DNA of 64,000 nucleotides, taken from the NCBI GenBank assembly GCA_950097015.1, contig CATNEN010000007.1, positions 12,958,001 to 13,022,000 on the forward strand, written 5' to 3'. Made by a program: the position numbers and the translations under genes. The stretch is from Macrostomum hystrix (taxonomy: Eukaryota; Animalia; Platyhelminthes). Of the stretch, positions 59,309 to 64,000 are shown one piece after another; the first letter of the stretch is position 1, and every line of letters starts with the position of its first letter. A model generated the notes under the pieces. The model had not been told where the DNA came from and did no database searches. It saw nothing but the letters and a program-made list of their open reading frames with translations.

Positions 59309-62300
59309 ATGAAGAATTTACAAACTCCTGCAGCCCTGCTGCAGCTGTTGCCTCTACTGCTGCTAGTTTTGATGAAGCAGCCAGGCAGTAGCTGGGCTGC
59401 CGACCCACCCGACCGGTACAACTTTACAGTGTACGAGAACCGTCTGGCCGGCTTCCAGGTGGGACAGGTGAAGATGACCAGTGGCTTCGCCTACCAGCTG
59501 AGTCCGGGCTCGCCGTTGTTCAGCTTCGACCCCGGCACAGGCATCGTCACTACCAAGATTGTAATCGATCGGGAGGCGTTAAGCTCCGATATAATCGACC
59601 TTCTGGTCATCGGCACCTCAACCAGTTCCGTGCAGACGCTCAGCGTGCGCATCACCGTGCTGGATGAAAACGATAACAGCCCGCGATTTTCCGATGCTGT
59701 CGTTTCCTGGGAGCTCTCCGAAAACGCCGCTGTCGGGACCAGCCGCCTCCTGCCCCTCGCCACCGACCCAGACTCTGGCGCAAATAGCGTCACTCTTAAC
59801 TACAAGATTCTGGCCGGCAACTACGCCGGGAAGTTTCATCTGCGGGTGGACAGCGGCCTGGGTTTTCCCCAGCTATATCTCATCACAGTGGCCAGGCTGG
59901 ACAGGGAGGTCACTTCTTCGTACCCGCTGAACATCTCCGCCGAGGATGGTGGCAATCCGGCCCGTTACGGTTACCTGTCCGTGATCGTCAATGTGCTCGA
60001 TTACAATGACAATCCGCCTGTCTTCGTAGCTTCAATAGTTTCAGCCGTGGTGAACCAGTCCACACCTGTCGGCACGGTAATTGCCCAGGTTCGGGCTGCG
60101 GATGCGGATCAGCCAGGCTCGCCAAACTCACAGGTGAGCTACCGTATCAAGTCCGGCCCACCCAACGGCCAGTTTGCGCTGGATGCGACATCCGGGATGC
60201 TCACCCTCACAAGGCCTCTCGACTGCTTTCGCGCCATTGATGGCTGCTCCGTGACTGTCGAGGCATTTGATGCGGGAACGCCGCAGCTGCAGTCGGAGCC
60301 AGACTGCCTTATCACAGTCAGCGTCCAGTTGGCCAACTCGCACCCACCGGAGATTCGAGTAATTCTTACGACTCAGAAGGATGGCTTTGCCGTAATTGAC
60401 GAGACCTCCAAGCCAGGCAATGCGCTCGCCATCGTGCAGGTGACTGATGCAGACGCCGGTTTGAATGGCGAGACGAGTCTTGCTCTGCTGAATACCAGCG
60501 GCTACTTCGCGTTGGCCTCGCTGACCTCCTCATACTACCATATTGTTACGGCGAAGGCGTTCGACACCGAGTCGCCAAAGCAGTTCTCACTTCTGCTGCT
60601 TGCGCAGGACAAAGGCTCTCCGCCGCTAACCTCATCGTTGACTGTTCAGGTCCTGGTTAACCGAGCTAATCAGTTTGCGCCCGTATTCGACCGGCCTATT
60701 ATCGACGTACAGCTTCCAGAGGCAGCACCAGTTGGGAGCCTCGTGGCAGCTTTGGTTGCCAGGGACAACGACTCTGCTGGACTGAACTCGCAAGTGCAGT
60801 ACCAGATCGTCGAAGGCAATGCTGACGGAGTCTTTGGCCTCGTGTCTGACACCGGTCTGATGATCACTCGGAAAATGCTGAGCTTCGCAGCCCGGCCCAC
60901 TTACCGGCTCAACATCAGCGCCAGCGACATGGGACCGAAGCGCCTCATGTCATACGCTCTTGTGACAGTTGTGCTGCAGGGAGTCAACCACCCTCCTGCC
61001 TGCAACGTTAGCCGCCTGAGCTACTTCGACCGTCCAGCCGGATCCGCACTGACTGTCCCACTGTCAGTCTTTTGTACTGACTCAGACCAGGGACGCAACG
61101 GCAGCCTGGAGTTCTCTGTAAGTCGACGCCACCCGGCAGCTGATGCACAGTGCAGTGTCACCGCCAGTTCGGGCGGCTTCCAGCAATTCTACTGCCCCAG
61201 CCTCGCTAGCAGCGCCCAGTATGTCATCCAAGTAACCGATCGTGCTGAAAAGCCTCTGTACGTGGATGTGGCAATCGAAATTGAGGTGTCACTGCCCAAA
61301 CAGACACCACCACGGCTCTACCCGACACTTTACCTGGCCACGGTGCCTGCCGGGGACCAGAGGTTCGGCATGGAGCTCGCCCGAATTCGAGTGGCAGATC
61401 CAGCTGGAGGCAACTTTTCATTCTCTTTTGTCCCCGGCTCACCGGCTGGATTCGCCATCGACTCTCGCGAAGGCATCGTCAGGCTCGCCGGTTACGCAGC
61501 AGACGCACCCGTCATGATTGATGTCACTGTCACCGACAGCCGAGGAGTTCCGGCGAGCTCCTCAGCAACCGTCCGAGTGTTCCCGGTGTCAAGGCCAACC
61601 CGAATGTCTTTCAGCCAGCCGAGCTACGAGTTCATAGTGGCCGAGGCCAGTTCCGCAAATCCGCGACCTGTGGGCACAGTAGTCGCGAACGCTGCGGGTT
61701 TAGGTGGCTCCTACATTATTGTTGACGGCGACCCGGGTGGGCTCCTCGCAGTTTCCGAGACGGGTGTCATCAGCCTCACTGGCTTACTGGACCGCGAGAC
61801 AACGCCACAATTCAACTTGACGGTCGCATTTGTTACCTCCTCTGATTTCTGCACCGCGCAAGTTTTAGTCCTTGTTGCAGACATCAACGACAACGGGCCC
61901 ACATTCGCCTGGTCTGCCTACAAATTCGTCATCAACGAATCGATGGCACCGCTCGGTCATGTGATCGGCGTACTGACAGCCACTGATCCGGACCTGGGGC
62001 TCAATGGTCACGTGACACTTGAATTAGCCTCAAATCCCGGTGGCTACTTCAGCCTGGACAGCGCAGGCGGGATTCTCTACCTGGCCAAAGCCATCCGGCT
62101 CTGGGAGGCAGCCGACTTGGCAGCTGGTGGCGTCGCTCTGTCGGTTCGTGCTGCAGATGGCGGCTCGCCAGCCCGCACGGCTGAAGCTGCCATCCGCGTC
62201 TCCGTGTCTTTAACTCCATCGCCTTGGCCGCATCTGGCAGGGACAAGCTTCAAGTTTGATCTCCCCGAGGACACGCCAGTCCACTCGTTGTTTGGCCGCA

Positions 62301-64000
62301 TTGCAGCGGCAAGTGACAGTGCCGAAGTTGAGTTTGCCTTGTCGCCCGAATTTGCACCTCTCAGCCTGACGGACTCGCAGCAGCGGATCGGCCTGCTGGC
62401 TGGCGGCGAGATCTACGTGGCCCGACAGCTGGACCGCGAAACACGTGATGTTTTCGAGTTCGCCATATTTGCTCGCTTCCTAGACGTAGGATTCGTCGCC
62501 GGCCTGGCCTCCGCGAGTGTCACTGTTCGCGTCGGTGACGTAAACGACTGCGCGCCTGTGTTTGGCGCCAGTGCGGCCGGTTACGTGTTTGAGATGGCAG
62601 AGAACGGAACCGCCGGGCAGTCGGTTGGCTGGGTGTTCGCAGCTGACGCTGACGCGGGGCTCAACAGTCAGGTCTCGTACGCTCTCATGGGCACCGCGGA
62701 CTTCTCAGTTGACCCACTTGATGGGCAGCTTAGAGCCCTACGTGTTTTCGACCGCGAGCTGCCCACCGAGCGGCAATTTCTATTTACTGCTGTGGCAGTG
62801 GACGGCGGAGACCCCGCCCTAACCGGGACAGCTGCCATTCGAGTCGTCATTGCCGATATCAACGACTGCCAGCCGCGCTTCGCCAGCTCCTGGATCAATG
62901 TTAGCATTGCCGAGAACATCGCAGAGGGTGCCATCGTCACCCTACTGATTGCCACAGACGATGACGCCGCGGGCGACAATTCAGTTGTGTCGTACGCGAT
63001 TGCAACTGGAAACGAGCTCGGGCATTTTGCCCTGAGCGAAACCACAGGCGAGCTAAGGGTGGCAAAGTCGCTCGACCGCGAGGCCCAGGACGGTTTCCGA
63101 CTAGTTGTGACGGCTGCCGACCGCGGACATCCACCGCTAACGTCTACTGCTACGGTCGTTGTTCGTGTGACGGATGTCAACGATCACAAGCCCGTGTTTG
63201 CCAACGCGACTCTGACTGAGGTCTTAGTTTCAGAGGCAGCCTCATTAGGCACCGTTATCTACAGCTTCCAGGCCTCTGATGAGGACAATGTCAACTCCTG
63301 GCTATTGAAATTCTCCATCACAGTTGGCAACGTTGGTGATGTCTTCGGTCTTGATGCCTCCACCGGTCATTTGTTCGTAGCATCGGCTCTAGATTTTGAA
63401 ACTCGCGCCTCATACGACCTGGCCGTTCGTGTGACCGACTCTGGCGGCCTGTTTTCGGAGATTCCTTTTGTGGTCCGCGTCTTGAACTTAAATGACAACT
63501 CACCTGTCTTCAAGCTGACAGCACCGCTCGTCCTTCACGCTGCGGAGAATTTGACTGCCCCTGCGCTGCTCGGCCAGGTGACTGCTGCCGACGCCGACCC
63601 TGGTGACGTCATTTCCTACCGACTGATCTTCCAAGAACCTTACGGCAATGAGTTCGCCGTTGATGCTTTCACTGGTGACATTCGGGCTGTCCGTGCTTTG
63701 GATCGCGAGCGGGTAGCCGTCTACAAGCTGTACATCGCTGCTGTGGACTTGCCGGGCCCAGCCCAGCTCACCTCCACCACGACTGTCGTCACCATTGTCG
63801 TAGACGATGTGGACGACAACTTGCCCATTCTGCTGACGCCGCCAGCTGTCCTGCTGCCGTTCACAATGTCCGCGGGATCCAGGGTCTCCCGTCTGCTCGC
63901 CACGGACGCCGACCAGGGTGACAACGCACTGATCGCCTACGGCCTCACCGGGCCAGACGCGTCGATGTTTAGAGTCGACCGCAGCAACGGTATCGTCACC
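59309..64000 (+). CDS. FAT4: Fat4/Fat-like atypical protocadherin, very large first coding exon, runs off the window
   Basis: Signal peptide MKNLQTPAALLQLLPLLLLVLM. EC1 GFAYQL..IDREALSSDIIDLLV and EC2-3 LDREVTSSYPL..GYLSVIVNVLDYNDNPPVF resemble Fat4. Repeated DRE, DxD and DxNDN cadherin motifs continue to the window end. Confidence 0.88.
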   Translation, partial: MKNLQTPAALLQLLPLLLLVLMKQPGSSWAADPPDRYNFTVYENRLAGFQVGQVKMTSGFAYQLSPGSPLFSFDPGTGIVTTKIVIDREALSSDIIDLLVIGTSTSSVQTLSVRITVLDENDNSPRFSDAVVSWELSENAAVGTSRLLPLATDPDSGANSVTLNYKILAGNYAGKFHLRVDSGLGFPQLYLITVARLDREVTSSYPLNISAEDGGNPARYGYLSVIVNVLDYNDNPPVFVASIVSAVVNQSTPVGTVIAQVRAADADQPGSPNSQVSYRIKSGPPNGQFALDATSGMLTLTRPLDCFRAIDGCSVTVEAFDAGTPQLQSEPDCLITVSVQLANSHPPEIRVILTTQKDGFAVIDETSKPGNALAIVQVTDADAGLNGETSLALLNTSGYFALASLTSSYYHIVTAKAFDTESPKQFSLLLLAQDKGSPPLTSSLTVQVLVNRANQFAPVFDRPIIDVQLPEAAPVGSLVAALVARDNDSAGLNSQVQYQIVEGNADGVFGLVSDTGLMITRKMLSFAARPTYRLNISASDMGPKRLMSYALVTVVLQGVNHPPACNVSRLSYFDRPAGSALTVPLSVFCTDSDQGRNGSLEFSVSRRHPAADAQCSVTASSGGFQQFYCPSLASSAQYVIQVTDRAEKPLYVDVAIEIEVSLPKQTPPRLYPTLYLATVPAGDQRFGMELARIRVADPAGGNFSFSFVPGSPAGFAIDSREGIVRLAGYAADAPVMIDVTVTDSRGVPASSSATVRVFPVSRPTRMSFSQPSYEFIVAEASSANPRPVGTVVANAAGLGGSYIIVDGDPGGLLAVSETGVISLTGLLDRETTPQFNLTVAFVTSSDFCTAQVLVLVADINDNGPTFAWSAYKFVINESMAPLGHVIGVLTATDPDLGLNGHVTLELASNPGGYFSLDSAGGILYLAKAIRLWEAADLAAGGVALSVRAADGGSPARTAEAAIRVSVSLTPSPWPHLAGTSFKFDLPEDTPVHSLFGRIAAASDSAEVEFALSPEFAPLSLTDSQQRIGLLAGGEIYVARQLDRETRDVFEFAIFARFLDVGFVAGLASASVTVRVGDVNDCAPVFGASAAGYVFEMAENGTAGQSVGWVFAADADAGLNSQVSYALMGTADFSVDPLDGQLRALRVFDRELPTERQFLFTAVAVDGGDPALTGTAAIRVVIADINDCQPRFASSWINVSIAENIAEGAIVTLLIATDDDAAGDNSVVSYAIATGNELGHFALSETTGELRVAKSLDREAQDGFRLVVTAADRGHPPLTSTATVVVRVTDVNDHKPVFANATLTEVLVSEAASLGTVIYSFQASDEDNVNSWLLKFSITVGNVGDVFGLDASTGHLFVASALDFETRASYDLAVRVTDSGGLFSEIPFVVRVLNLNDNSPVFKLTAPLVLHAAENLTAPALLGQVTAADADPGDVISYRLIFQEPYGNEFAVDAFTGDIRAVRALDRERVAVYKLYIAAVDLPGPAQLTSTTTVVTIVVDDVDDNLPILLTPPAVLLPFTMSAGSRVSRLLATDADQGDNALIAYGLTGPDASMFRVDRSNGIVT

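Overview
Eukaryotic (animal) genomic DNA. GC-rich exons are separated by GT-AG introns, many filled with private minisatellites. The style resembles the flatworm Macrostomum (inference only). Genes reconstructed by hand: RRS1 (+), VAC14 (+), SPAG16/PF20 (-), a divergent ionotropic glutamate receptor (-), a secreted PAN/Apple + LamG-like protein (-), GRIPAP1 (+), an intronless DEG/ENaC channel (+), an intronless vWA-domain protein (-), RPS16 (+) and the start of a Fat4-like protocadherin (+). The most notable structure is a three-level nested insertion in VAC14 intron 1. A TTAA-flanked piggyBac-like MITE contains a CACTG/TA (EnSpm-like) element. The ORF of that element is interrupted in frame by a 1.5-kb Ingi-like retroelement that lacks endonuclease and RT. 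It retains a Pr77/HDV-ribozyme-like 5' end, a 2A ribosome-skipping motif, an intact RNase H and a zinc knuckle. Other notable points: sharply bounded CpG-free blocks upstream of housekeeping CDSs, splice acceptors just before start codons (possible SL trans-splicing and an RRS1-VAC14 operon), and a dispersed element that carries an expandable 23-bp minisatellite. All coordinates and counts were read by eye; no database searches were run.
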